Positions 36,401 through 51,400 of a DNA stretch of 64,000 nucleotides are shown here, piece by piece. The DNA is from Cyanophora paradoxa CCMP329. Its lineage: Eukaryota > Plantae > Glaucophyta. The position numbers were made by a program, and so were the translations under genes. Position 1 is the first letter of the stretch; each line of letters starts with the position of its first letter. The notes under the pieces are model-generated. The model was not told the DNA's origin. It searched no databases and worked only from the letters and a program-made list of their open reading frames with translations. The stretch lies in NCBI GenBank assembly GCA_004431415.1, contig QPMI01000577.1, positions 44,985 through 108,984 of the forward strand. The letters are read 5' to 3'.

Positions 36401-39400
36401 TCCAATATAGCAGAACCTGGCATCTCATTTTTGTATTTACCTGGGGTCATTCTGTTAGATCCCCCTAGGTCCAAGGCATAAGATATATTCTCTATATCTT
36501 TTTGTAAGGTCTTAGATTCGATATATAGACAAAAGGAATCAGTATCATGGAATAGTAACTTTGCTTTTGACCATTGGGACCTTATAGTATCATAGAAGAA
36601 CTGGTAATTATGCAGTTTGGCAGCATCCAAAACATAGGCTCCAATGGCAACTGGCTTATCTAGCTTCACATGTTTTGTGTAAAACTCAAAGGCAACTGCT
36701 TTTTCGTTTATGGGGCTTGTTGATTTCACCAATGGAGAGGCTGCATATTTCATAAACAGTTTCTCACTGTTTGCAATCTTAACCACAGATCTACCTCTAC
36801 ATGATTCAATGCATTTCCCATAGATTGAATTATTCATCAGTTTATAGAAATCAGCCTCGAATTTATTCACTGCTCTCCTTCTCATCTCAGTGTTCAGCTC
36901 AATATATGGTTTCATTACAGGAGCCACAGTAAATGATAGGACCCTGTGAACCTTCTTTAATTTCACCCCTTTGTCCAACAGATACTGTAGGAGAGGCTCA
37001 GAAATCACATAGTTGGTCACAGAACCAAAGGTTGCAGTTAGCTTAGGGGTTTTATCAAGCTCTTCTCCTGAGAGATCCAATAGGCTCTTTTGATATTGTG
37101 ATAATTCGGCATATTCTACTATTTTCTTGTTAATAATTAGAGGGAAATCACTGTGATCTAGAAATAGCCTAATTGGGTAATCCAGATCAACTTCCAGGAA
37201 ACTGGATCTGTTATCTTGTGGGTTGAATTCGGTCTCCCATCTAAAATCACCAACTGGAATTGGCTGACTCAAGCAGTAGCCATACAAGTTGTTAGCATCA
37301 AACAGCATAATATGGGAGTTCTCACCATCAGCCTCAGCATACCTACAAGGCATTGTTGCAAAGCCACCCCTGATTCCCCTCTCAACAAATTCATATTGCT
37401 CTACATCACTTATAAGCTCTATTTTTGCCTTGGTGGTCCTAAGCATAGCATCCCAAGATAACCCAGGTGCAGATACATAATGAACTGGGTCAAGTCCATA
37501 TACTGAGTGTGAAAGCCTTCTAAAAGCCTGGAATTTGCTCATTAACTCATCTACATCAGCAGCCCCAAAGTCCATAAAATTACTTGCATCAATGAACTTG
37601 TAAAGACCCCATTGCAAGGAAAGGTATTGATCAAAGTTTTTCGAAAGGATTTCGATTCGCTTTTTATCACCCATGCCTGCTATTTTTCTGAAAATGAATG
37701 TCCCACAGTCATCCATTTGGTCAACAACCACTGCTACTTTGGTTTGCTTTGAGATTCTCCTATGGAGATTGCAGTTTCTGCATGCAGGTGCAATGTAATT
37801 ACCTGTGTGGTGATCATGATCCCTGCATTTGAAGTTTTCCTTGGTGAACCTCTCACTGCAAAGGTAACAGTGTTTAGTAGCCCTGTAAACAGCCTTTTGC
37901 TCATCTGTGAGTTCATTCATGGGAATATTGGTAAACAGGAAGTCAATTAGCTCTCTTGCTTTGGACTCCAAGCATTCAAACAGACCTCCCATTGGATCCA
38001 GCCCCTCAAATCGAAACTCCTGAACATCTGCCCCAGTGACTATTCTAATGTTGACTGCTGAGACTTCCCTCTTGGATTTCGATGCATCAATGGGGATGCT
38101 TCTATGTTCAATCTTGCAGTAAACCACAACAGGAAGCCAGACAGTTTTCCTGAGGTTTTTCAGTCCAAACTCTATTGTGGTGTCAGGCTTAGGGGTGATT
38201 CCCTTTGAGAGTCTCCAATCAATGCATCTGTTTGAGTCCACATGAGCAGTCAGTTTAGCCTCAGACCTGAATCGAGATAAGCATGTATCACAGTAGTGTA
38301 ACTTTTGATCCTTGGTTTTATCAAGGGCAACTCTGAGAAGTCTTGAAAGGGACATGATTGTAATATAGTGACCATTCCCTTCATCATCATGAATGAGCAT
38401 TAGATTAATCTTTTGCTTTCTGCCTGGGTTGCTGGATTGATGTAGGGGATATATAACATCTCGATCCATTCCAAATATGTTTATGCTGATGCCTGCATTT
38501 TGAGATTCGAATTTATCAATGATTTCAGCATCACAGGCAACAGGGAATGAGATGTTATCGAAATTGAGAGCCAGAGGATTGTATATGGTCGGTGAGTATT
38601 TCCATTTGCGATATTGTGTAAGCTCACTTCTCTTGTGGGAATTTACATCTTTCCTATGGATCCATGCCAAAATGGCATTTTCAAAGCAAGAATCATCAAT
38701 ATTTCGAATATTCACTGTGGCTCTCTTGGCTGCAATTGATTCTGGTGTTTTAACATAGCAGCCACCAGTTGGGGCATAACTCATAATAGCAACTCTTAGC
38801 ATTTCGATTCTCTCCAATCGATAGCTATCAACAACATTCATCTGTTCCTGACACATTTGGGCTGCTTTATTCAGCTCAGTTCGAATATTTCTCGATTTGG
38901 TTAATACAAAATAATCGCTGTAAATGTATTTCGATATCCAAACCTGTGGATTGCTGACTTTTACGAACTTGCAGATAAACGATAAGCGAACCTTGATTGC
39001 CCTGAATTGATCTAGACTATCCCTTAAACGTTTTGGTAGAGAGGTTGCAATTCTATCTAAATATTCAATCACATCAACAACAACTTCCCTTCTGGCTCTG
39101 TATGTGAGCCAGCGATATAATTCATTCATGGCTGTGCCATCTTCTGCCTCTGGTTCTATTTGCCTCAGGCGATCGAGTTCATCAAGAGTCTCAACTTTGT
39201 CATAGAGGTTATTGGCTTTTCTGGTTAATTTTGCTAAAGTGGGTCTGCCCCTTGAAATAAATCCGATTTCCCGGTCATATTCAGCCTCTGTGATTTCATG
39301 GGCTGCATACAGTGTTCCCAGTAATCCCATGAGTTCCCATTTCTTCTCTCTAATGAGTCTGTTGCTAATTCGGGGCATTGTTCCTAACTTGTTCCTAATA

Positions 39401-42400
39401 AAAGGAGAGGTTTTAAATGGGGAATTCTGAACACAAAATTTGATGAAAACTACTTAAAGAAATATCTTCTATATATATAAAAGGACAATGGCAGAGAAGA
39501 AATCGTATTGCCTGGAAAAGCTCAAAGCGGCTTTAATGTTGCTTTGTGGATCTGATAACTTCAATGATTATGTTGCTCTTGGAAGTAACAGGAAACCGCT
39601 CCCTCTTTGGGCAAAGCTTGCAAAATATGGATTAAGTGACTATGACCTGCCTCCAGAGTCTGAGCATTGCGCCTGTGATCATCCAATTAAAGAGCAATGC
39701 TATATTCTGCATGTTAATAAAAAGATTGTGGTCATTGTTGGGAATTGCTGCATTTTACGATTTATTCCGAAGGGTGCCAGAGGTCAAGATATATGTGAAA
39801 GATGTGGAGATCGGCATAAAAACCGAAAGGATAATTTCTGTAATAAGTGCAGAATCGCTTTAAAGCAAGAAGAACTGGAAAGAAAAAGAGAACTTGAAAA
39901 ACAAGAGGAAGCTCGAAAGAGGCAGCTTGAATTAGAAGAAAGAGAGCGAAAACAGAGAGAATTAGAACAAGAAAGAGCAAGGAATAAACATGCAGTTAAC
40001 CTTTTCCTGATTTGGAGCAACCAGTTTATTCCGAAAATGGATAATCTTCGCAGAGATGATATAGAGAGGTTCAGAGAGGGCAGATCTGCATTGATTGAAA
40101 TGTATGCAGAACTCAGTACAACAAATACATTGGTTGCTGGGTTTCAGGTGCCTTATCTTAAAAAAGATATCGCAAAAGGATTAGATTGCAGATGGAATAA
40201 GGACAAGAAAACATGGGAGACCTTGGAAATCGAACCATTTGTAGCATTGCTAGGTAAGCATTTCAAACTTATGTATATTGAGCGATTTGGACAAAGAGGT
40301 TAGAGAACAAAAAATGATTTAAAGAATTCTCTATATATATTAAGAGAGACAGAGGAAAAATGCCACTCAGTGAAGCCCAGAAGAGAGCTATGAAGAGATA
40401 TCAGCAAACTGAAAAAGGTAAGGCTCAAATCAAAAAGTTTAACGAAAAAATAGCCACACAGCTTAGAGATCTATATAACACTGATGATACTTATAGAGCC
40501 ATGAAAATAGCAAGTTCATGTCAGCGAAAGTATGCAGCCAATGCAGTCTGCTTTGTCAAGTATTTGTATGATGTCCCTTACTCAAATCGAGGGAGAAAAT
40601 TGAAACATGTCTAAATTATTTTTCCCAGCATATTACTAGGCTGGGATATGCTGTTTATTCGCTGAAATACTACTTTATCGTTTTTGTATCTGAACCACTC
40701 GATATATCATGTGGATAAATTTCGTAGGGATACTTTCTCGATTTCCAACAAAAAATGATTGGGGACCCAAAACTACTTAAAGAAAAATCTTCTATATATA
40801 TAAAAGGGACCCCGATCGCTGAAAATGAACGCCAAACAGACTAAATCGCTCAAATCGCTCGCTAACTGGCTCAGATCTGATGAGGATCTAGCCAAAAACA
40901 TGATTATCCCAGTGAAACCTGACAGCAAAGACCCTGTTTTCAAGCATAAGGGAGGTGCTTGGTCCTGGGAAAAGTATGAGGAAGCGCTGGCAACTAATCA
41001 GTATGTATCTTGGGGCATTCTGCTCTCAGACAACATGATGGTTATTGACTTTGATGATGAGGAGGACTTTGAGAAATTCCGAGATATGTTTCCTGATGAC
41101 TTTGATGCCAATCAGCCCATGGCAAAAACTAAAAAAGGCTATCATGTCTACTTCAAACGACCTGAGGAGTTCACTAAACTCAAAATTACCGATAAGGCTC
41201 CAGGCTTTAAAGGCTTTGAAAAGGTTGACCTGAAAACAATCACTGGAACTGGAACTTCTGGATTAATTAATGTTTGTCCCAGTGTCAACAAGACCTGGGT
41301 AATTGCTCCATGGGATGATACCTGTGATTTCAATGAGCCTACTGATGAGTTTAAAAAGTGGATTGCAGAGAACTATATCTATAAGAGTGAGTATACTGCT
41401 AGTGCTAGCTCAAATGATGAACTGGAAAAGAGTATTCTTAAAGAGCTGGTGGATATGGGCTTTATGCATCCCAATATAATCTCTAAAACTGAACTTGGCT
41501 TTAGCTTTGATGCTGCTAATAAGGGACTCAATTGCCCATGCTGCAATGGTTCCCATGAATCGAATAACTGGTATGTTATGAAAGCCAAAGGAGAAGATAA
41601 AAAGTATATTGTGTCCAGCTACAGTGGCAATTGCAAAAAACGATTTATCTTCATTGGAATGCAATCTGATATCTTCAATCTCATTGATAAATCCGCTGGC
41701 TCTGGAGGCGCTCATTATGATGTCAGTCTTGTGTGCAAAGAGGTCCTACAACACACTTGGAGATACTCCAAAAAGTCATGGTTCAAACTCAATACTGATA
41801 CTGGGATTTGGGAGCATGATGACACAAACCAAAAGATTTACCTAGACATTAGTTGCCTTGTTGTCCCTCAATACCTTGGCAGGGCTGTGCATTATAGTCA
41901 AAGAGCTTTGAAGGATGAAGAGAATAGAACAGCTTTCGAAGAGAAATCGAAAACATTAATTTCTATTGCCAAAAATCTTAAACAATCAGGATATCGCAAA
42001 TCCCTTCTGACTGATCTGCTCCCTCTGCTAAATGATGATGAGTTTTACGAGAAGATTGATACAGTTCCATATGTAATTGGATTCGATAATGGTGTATTTG
42101 ATCTGACAACTATGACTTTCAGAAAGGGTAAACTGGAAGACATGGTGAGCAAGAGTGTGGGTTATGATTATACTGAGAATGTAGACCCCAAGAAAGTGGA
42201 GCATCTCAATCAGATTTATAGAGAGATTGTAGATGATCCAGCAGAGCGAAAGTATCTTCTGGCATCCATTGCAATTGCCCTTAGTGGATCAACTAAATCC
42301 CAGAAGTTCTACATGTGGACTGGTGCTGGTGCTAATGGTAAATCACTTGTTCAGGAATACTGCAAACAGATATCTGGGGCTTATTACAGCCCTCTCGAAA

Positions 42401-45400
42401 TATCCTATTGGACCAAACCTAAGAAGAACTCATCAGATGCTACCCCTGAACTTGCCAAACTCCTGGGAAAGCGACTTGTATTCAGTAATGAGGCTGAAGA
42501 TGGTGATAAACTGCAAATCTCCAAAATTAAGGAGGTCACAGGTGGAAATGAAATGACTGTGAGAGCCTTGTTCAAAGATCCAGTTATCCTTACTCCAATG
42601 TTTCAAGTCTACATTACAACCAATGACAATTTGACTATAAACAAACCAGACTTTGCAATTCAAAGAAGGCTTTCATACCAGAGATTTAACAATATTTTCA
42701 GAGAGAAGCCAGAAGCTGGTCAAAAGAAAGCTGACCCAACTCTGTTCACACTTCTACACAATGATGATGAGTATAAGATGGCTCACATGAAGATATTACT
42801 GGATATGTGGAAGAACAAAGAGGTTGAAGAGATCTTAAGAAATCCCCCTCAATCGATTATTGAACAAGGGATAAACTTTATAGCTGAAAATGATAAGATT
42901 GGTGAATGGCTTAGGGATAATTTCGAAGTAACCCACAATGCAAACGACTTTGTTTCGAGTGATACCATTTACAAATCATACAGAAGTGTCGATGATAAAG
43001 TTGAATGTGTTTCTGTGATGAAGAGAGTAAGGGAAATCTTCAATGTGAAATCAGAGGTTAAAAGAATTCAGGGAACCAGAGCAAGGGGCTACATTGGACT
43101 TCGAAAGATAACAAGGGTTCAAGAAGACAATGGAGAGGATGTCGAATATTAAACAAAACGATTTATGATTGAAATGTATATGTAATTTTATAGCCTTACT
43201 GGAAATGGTGTTGTTCACAGGTGTCACAGGTCCATCCCATCTAGGGGGCTATAAAACGAAAAATGACCAGGGGACGATAAAAACCTGTGAACACCTGTGA
43301 CACCTATCGAAAAAGACCAAAATTTGACAAGAATACTTAAAGCTTACTTGATTGTGTATAGTGAAGACAAAATGGCAAAAACTCTTGATGAGATGACCAT
43401 GAATGAGTTAGATAAATGCATAAAGCATGGAGATATAGGGGCATATATCGAAATGTCACAGAGATTGATAGGTTACAATATGTATGCAGCAAAACCAAAG
43501 AGAAATAGATCAGTAAACATTCACATAACTGTTTCAGTGTCTGAGAATGCAAACAAAAAACAACAAAAGCATATTTACAAAAGTTATCTGTGACTTGATT
43601 GCAAGTATAAAGCCAATTCCTTTGTATATATTTTTATAGCTGCCTCAGTGGCATACTGAGACCGCTTTTGCTCAATTATTTTATAGACCTGGGGGTCCAT
43701 TGCTACTATCAGTTGGCAAATAATATTTAATCGGTCTCCCTCTGGGTCTCTGCTCCTCTTTTTGGGCTTTTCTGCGATAATAGGATGCCAGGGCTTGCTG
43801 CTTTTTATACTCTCTATATTCTGGGTCCTCTCTATATCGTTTCTGCATTGCCAGAATGTGTCTTATAGACCCCTCAGTAACAGGTTCATCACTGGTAAAC
43901 TCGATTAAACTAATAGTGTCCTCCATTTATATTCCCAGAGAAAACGTTTTCTGCTGGCAGAGAACTTCTCCTTGGATACTCCTGTTGCTCATATGTATAC
44001 TCTGTGGGGTCTGCTGGCATTGACTCCACAGAAACTGTTGATCTCCTTCTCTCTCTTGCCTCAGATACATTATCCTCAGTATCTGACATCTCAAACTCTA
44101 TTGTTGTGTCACAGCATCCACTGTGGCAATTGCTTACCACATGCAGACTGAGCATCTCAATAAACTTTCGTATTATATCCATGTCTCTAATAAAACAGAG
44201 AAAATTAAAGCCAAACTCGTCTTTTATATACTGTGGGAGCTACTCCCTTTTCTACTTCAGCTTTAGTGGCACCAGGTTCAATGGTTCCCTTTTGGGTCTT
44301 TGTTTTCATTTCATCTACTGCTTGCTCATCGATTTGGTTCTCTTTCTTAGCAATAAACTGTTTATCTGGGACACCAGTAATGCCCATTTTATAAACTTCC
44401 TTTCGAAGCATCTCCTTTAGCTTGGCTCTCTCTTTCTTCTCAGTAACATACTGCTCCAAAGCACTGGATTTGGCTTCCAGATCTTTGAGTTTAGCAGTCA
44501 TCTCATCCCATTGAGCCTTGGGAATTCGATGAATATTTTGAGTGGGAGCAGTCTTATATGTGACTTCACCAGCCATGGACTGGATTACCTTGTCTGATTC
44601 CTTACTAAGACCTTCACCTTTGCGAGCCAGTGATAGATCTTGCAAGCCTAAACCTTTATCATCAGCAGCACCAATAATTCGCCTGGCACCCTCAGCAACA
44701 GCCCTCATTTTCGAAGCTTCTGGTGAGATGTTGAGTTGATCACTGGTTGAAGCCTGTGGGGCTTTATCATCGACTGATTCCTCATAGGCAGCATTAAGAG
44801 GGTCCTCTTCTTGCTGTGAGGGCTTCACCTCATTCATACCATTGAATTTCATTGGTTCAGTATTAATGGATCCATTGTTTCCACCACCTGAATAGCCAAC
44901 AGCCCCAGCTGGGATCCCTATCTTTCGTTTGGGAGGCATTGTATCTTTATTAGAATGAGAGATAATTTTATAAACCGCGTTTATATCGCATCAATTTATT
45001 GCTATGGACTTGGCTTTTCACTTCTTTAGGGGCTTCCTCTTTCTCTGGAGGTTTCAGTTCATCTTCTTTCTTTTTTGGCTTTCTGTGGAAGCGAGGAAAT
45101 GGGAAATCTTTCACAAGCTCAGCTTTATCTACATAGTATTTAACTGAGTAGTTTGCAGAGGACCAAATAATATACTGATAGGAGTGAACATACTCTTCAA
45201 ACATCTTGTAAAAATCCTCTTTATTTCGCATTATATTGTATTCTTCCTCTATGGCTTCAAGTTCTTTGCGATTTGCAGCACTTAGAAACATTGCATAATC
45301 AGAATTTACTCGAATTGTTGAAGAAACTTTCCTTAGCTTTTGTGTGATGCAGATAATGGATATTTTCGAATGGCGACCTCTGGAATACAGAGATCCAATT

Positions 45401-48400
45401 ATTTTATCCCTGGTCAAATCGACTATCTCATTATCAATTAAATCGTCTAAAACCACACACAATTGGTTAACAGGTTCGCCCTTTTCTATTTTCTCTTGCC
45501 TCTCATCTAGCAATTTAGCAATATAAGGGGCATCCCACTTTCCCAGTTGCAGTGTTGCTACTTTATCCCAGAAATGATTGAAGCTGGTTCCACTCACAAC
45601 TAATACAACATCAATCTTTTTGGCATCATGCAGTTGCTTCAACCAATACTTTACAGCTTCTGATTTACCAGTGGCAGACTTGCCAAGTGCTAATACACGA
45701 AATGGTGGTTCTATCATTTCACCAGCCACAAATTCATCCAAATCAGTCATTGTTGTAGATCTTCCTAAATAAAGACAGATAAAAATAATGCAGGAAGACT
45801 GAATATCGTAACAATCTATAAATTAATTCTTCGGAGACCATCTTTGTCCAAAATTATGAAACTATGCATGAGAGCGCGAACATTAACATCGATCACCTTA
45901 TCTGAAGGCATGTAGAGGGTGAGGAATGAAGATGAGGAATTTGTCAGGTCAACAAATCCACTTTGAGCAATATTTCGAATTGCCTTTTCTCCATCAAGGC
46001 AGAATGGGAGTCCTGAGAGGACATAGCGATCAGCAACCTTATCCATGTTAGAGCATTTGAAGGCATCAGCAATTAGCTCAGCACCTTTGAGTAGGGAAAT
46101 TGGCTCAGTGGCAAAAAGTCGCTGACCATTTATTTCAGTTGTAAATGTTATGTCTTTGGAGTTGGCATAGGTCTTAAGAACACTGTGGGAGCCATTGGAT
46201 TTGTCAACAGTTTCATGATCACGAACTGAAACAAGCAGAGCATATACAAGACCTGAGATTTGAGAGAGGTTAATTCGATTGGGTTGGGCATTGCCCTTGG
46301 CAGGGAAAGCACTAGCATCTACAAATCCAATATCAAGGGAGGGAATAGCCATGCCAGTTGTCTTAACCTTTTCAATGACAGTAGCGAAAAGCTCATCAGA
46401 AACATTAATAGCATGCATGTAAAGGCGAGGAGAAGTAATAGAAATAACAGGAGTTGTTGCACCAAGACTGAAAGTTGTGATATTTTGACCAACATGGGCA
46501 AGTGTGGCATTAGCAGTATCACCAAGACCATCATCTTCTGTCTTATCAGCAACTGTCCCACCAACAACAGGGAGAGAGCGACCACCATAGGAAGTTTCAA
46601 CATAACCCTTTCCAGCATCCTTAAACCAAACAGTAACAACCATTTCACCAGATAAAGCACCAAGGGAAGGTAGTGATTTAGCCAAGGCACAGGGATTTCA
46701 ACAAAGAATGAGCCACCAAGGCGGTTGGTTCCATGAGCAGGGATGCCATGAACCATGCCCATTGATCGCTTCTTTTTAGCTAGTTGATCCTCCGAATAAT
46801 AGACCAGGGGAAATGAGCAAGGAAATCAGATGGAATATGGTAGGTGTAAGATCCATAGGTAATTTCAAGTCGCTGAACTAAAGCACCAACTGGGCGAGTG
46901 TATCCATTGCGAACTAGGTCAGTATCACCAGCAAAAGTGATGGCTGGAAGGTCGAAAGCAAGTTCGAGTTTTCCACAGAAATTGTAGCGAGGTAGCTTGA
47001 AGGAAATGCGATTTCCAACATTATTCTCAAAAGTATTGCTGGGATTCACAACAACTAGAACTGGCTTAGATTTGGATTCGAGACCAAGCATAAGGGAGTT
47101 ATCCAGGAAAAAGGCTTTCGCCTCTTCTGGGTTGTTAGGGCTTCTTTCAGCGAAAGTCTTTGAAGAGTGGAAGTGATATCCATTATATTCTCTTTTATTA
47201 TACTGCAACATAAAAAATCTACCAATGATCCTTAATTTATGCGAAGTTTGTAATAACTGGATAGGAAGGGTGAAGCTGTGACATTCGCATCTTGAAGTAT
47301 TCATAAACTGGGTCCCCAGCTGGCTCATCACCATAGCGAATTTCAAAGGTAAGATGAACAGGTTGACCCTCAAAATCAATTGGTTCATTAATAGCATTTA
47401 CAATATCAACCGAGAAAGTGGATAATCCAACCTTTTTATTATAGTATTTGTAAAGTGGGTGAGCTTCTGTTGAATTGTAAACAACATGCTCACCATAGTC
47501 TTTATCAGGGACCACTATTTTGTGAAAGTAACCAGTCAGAAGACCATCCCCACATTGCACCAGATCACCCAGCTCCTTTACTCTCACAAACAAAACACTG
47601 TCCCTGGTCTTCTCAGGCTCAAAAGAAGATATAATGCCATTCACGCGACCACCAGTAAAGATTCCATCAGTGAGAGCATCATAGACCTGTGATTGGATTG
47701 GGGAGTTACCATATCTTCCAGGATCAAGACCCAGCAGTCTAGCTGAACTCAACAGCTTTTGGATTGTTTGTTGGCTTGGGTTCACAGCTACTGAGAAAGC
47801 CAAGTAAAATGGTACTGCTGAGTGGAATATAATTCGTTTCAGTGATTCATCCCATTTGCAGCGAATGGATGGTTGGGGATTTCTGCCTTCGAATTTAGAG
47901 TTAATTACATTCACCAGTTGCTGGTGGCTTTGGATGGGGGTGTTTCGACTTATAATGAATTGTTTCCATTGTTCATAGTCAGCAGCTGGGCGAACTGTTG
48001 GAATTCCTGAGCTTCCAGCTCCAGGAGTTTGTTCAGAATAATAAATGCTAAATGCATTGTCAACTGTCACATCTCCTGCTTTGGTTTCACCACTCACCAT
48101 AGGGATACTGTTATAAAATTCGGCTGAGACCAGTCTCACAGCCCTCACATTCTCATAACTACTGGGGAGTCTAGCCACAAAGCTTGATGTGGGACCATCA
48201 CCAGAGATTGTATTAAATGAGCTAACCTCGATGTAATCCACAGGCATTCTTCTTTTATCTATATTTATATATTAAAATGAACCGGCTCGTTAATATTGAT
48301 AGCAGGGATAGAAGCCAAGGACAAAATGAAAACTCTTACAGGGTCACCCTCACAACTCCAGTAGAGAGACCAAGGGAATGCAGGGTTCTATATGCAGAGA

Positions 48401-51400
48401 TTCCAAACAGCATCTATAACAGTGTGGGAACTGATCATCTAACAGTTCAGTTTAATTACCAAGATGGTTCATATAACCAAGTGATCACACAACAAGTGTA
48501 TCCCCTTCCCAGTGGCTACATCAATCAGGGTCATTTTGGGGTAACACACCCTTATAATTATGGGCTGAACTATTCAAGCTTCCAAACCATTGCAGGCAAA
48601 ACAGTAGCTTTTGAGTTCAAGATATTCTATAACCCAACTACCTATAAAGTGGAGTTTTACAGTAACCATGAGTTTCGTTTTATTGCAAGCAACCAGAGAA
48701 TAGGGAAGCTTTTGGTGTGAGTTCTACTGAATACACCAATGGGTATTATAGCACTCCTCCTGTTGGTGGATCACCCTATCGACCTGAGAACCTGTTAAAG
48801 TATGATGGCAAACCTATTACACCTGATCACCCAGCATGGGGAACCACCTTTTCAGGACCCAGACTCTCATCTAAGCCCTTGCAATATTATTTTGACAGCA
48901 GAAAGATGTCTGATATGAATGCTGAGCAGTATCTATACATGCACATTAAAGAGCTTGCCCCTTTTGCCAGCAGACACAATATAATTCCGAAATCGCAACC
49001 ACATAACCAGGGGCAATCCTTAGATTGCAATTGAGTAAGGATATAGGTGGCTATGTTTACCATAGTGGTGAACATGCAGAATTCATTCAGATAAATGACA
49101 GAAACCTGGTGATAAGGGAACTCACAGTTGAGTTTAAAGATTACTTTGGTGAACTGATTGATATGAATGGAATCGATAATTCTTTTCAGTTGGAGTTTAT
49201 CGAATAAAGGCACCTGTAAAGTCAACTCTCATTGTGGGAGCATTCACATACACAAGGGGATAAATGCGAATATATTTAATTCTGAGAGAAAAACCTATGT
49301 AAAAAGCATCCTTGATGCTGAGAGGAAATCCACTCAATAGAGCCACATCACCTGAGTTGTGAGCATTGTTAATGTTCTCACAGACATATATTTTGTTTTG
49401 CCCATCTGATCGAATAAAAGACCAGTTGATCCCATCAGTGGATGTTGCCACATTGAAAGTCTTAATAAAAGCATTGGTGTCCCCTGAACCATAGGCAATA
49501 ACAGAGGAGAGTTCGAAAGTATATGGGAAAGCAACTTGAAGGTATTCAGTGGGGGTTTCCCATATCTGCTCAGGAGCATAGGCTCCAGCTTCCCAGCCAA
49601 ATGCTGAAGGTCTAGCCATGAAAGGCTCTTTACCAGTCACAGAGGATGAGGCAGTGAAGGCATCATCTGCAAGCTGATACCAATTAGCATCCAAAGGTGG
49701 TGATGTAGTGAGAGTGGATGAAATGTAAGCCTTTGAAGGGTTCTTTAGTTCATAGTTTGCTACTAGTAGGCTGCAAAGCTTATTGATCATATCATTGTTT
49801 GCTGCAATGTAGGTTTCTGTGAAAGAAAGCATATCTGGGATTTTAGAAGTGTCATCAAGGAGCTAACTATATGGTTTGGAAGAGGGACCGATAGCCTATA
49901 GTATCTACCATAATCTTGATCATAGTTGTAGGGTAACAACTCCTCCATCTTATCAAGGGCAGAAAGCTCACTTGCAGCCATGAGCATGTTAATCAATGGG
50001 CTTCCATCTGTTGAGGCAATCCATGAGAGAATTCCCCAGCTGTTCACAGTCTCATAAGCATAACCCACATAATCAGACTCTAAATGTGGGTCCACCTCAC
50101 CACAAGAGATACTTATTACTATTATATCATCATCATCACTGTAAATCTTCTTTGCATGGCTGTAACCACACACACTGGGATTATTGTTTCCCGAAATGGC
50201 ACCATCAATGAGACAGACAAATACTCCCCGATTGAAATCAACAATGCTTACAGGAGAGAAATATGTAGGAGCAGCAGAAGTAGCCCTAGCAGCAATCTTA
50301 CAAGGCATAAAGTTGTAGTTGTTGTCATTTGTGATAAATATTGGTTTCATATTCTGAGTATCAAAGGATGTAATCACAATGTCCTTTAGGGAATCCTGTA
50401 TTAGTGATTCACCAGTAACTGAATTAATTGCAGTCTCCAAGGGTCCCACATCATATTTTGTATTAAAAAGGGCATTTTCGATGATATTTCGAGGATTTGC
50501 GAAAATCAAGGGCAGTTGAGTTAGGTAAATATTGTGTAAATCGTTTGCTGTCAGTTTAGGTTCACCTGGTTTATCAGGATGCCTGATATTCAAACCTATT
50601 GCAATGATCCCACCAGTGGAAGTTCCACTTACAAGATCCACAAGATCGATTACTCTTCTGCCAGTTCGATTTTCGATTTCTTTTAGCAGCCTGGTTATGA
50701 TAATGCCCCTTGCACCCCCGCCAGAAAGACTTAAAACGACCTTGAGAGGCATCTTTTACTTATCAAGAATTTTATAAATCCATATAGTAAAAGCCATGAG
50801 CTTCAATTACCCACCCAATCTAGAAACCATTCAAGATGATAATGCAAGCAGCACCAAGCATGTGAACTTTGATAATATTAAAGTAAAGGGTTCAGTTTCG
50901 ATTGACCACAGCTCTGATAATTCATCAAAGACTCAATCAAGGGAGCATGCTTTATCTGTGAATCAAACCGATCCAGATAAAGAGGAGGTCAGTGTTGCTT
51001 TTAGTTTGGGTAATGTGAAAGCAAACCAAGTGGCAGAGATCAAAGCAACAAGAAGGAGACCTAGGAAACTAAAAACCAGTGGCACTCACCCAGATATACC
51101 TTCCAGGTTCGATAGTGGTCGATTGATTTTCAATGTTCAAGATGAGCAGGGCAAACAGAACACAGCTTTGCGAATTTACAATGAGGGCAGCACTGCAAAA
51201 GCTGAGGTCCCCCAAGTATTGCAAGTGGGTCCCATTGCCAACACAAATCAGGTCTCCTACACAAATGATGTCTACCCAAAGGATATTACATATGACTTTG
51301 CAAGGAATGAGCCTTTTGGGTTCTTTACTCCAAAAGATGTCCATCAAAAAAAGCCATCAATTACAATCAACAGTAGCCCCAGTCAACCAGTAGCAATCCA

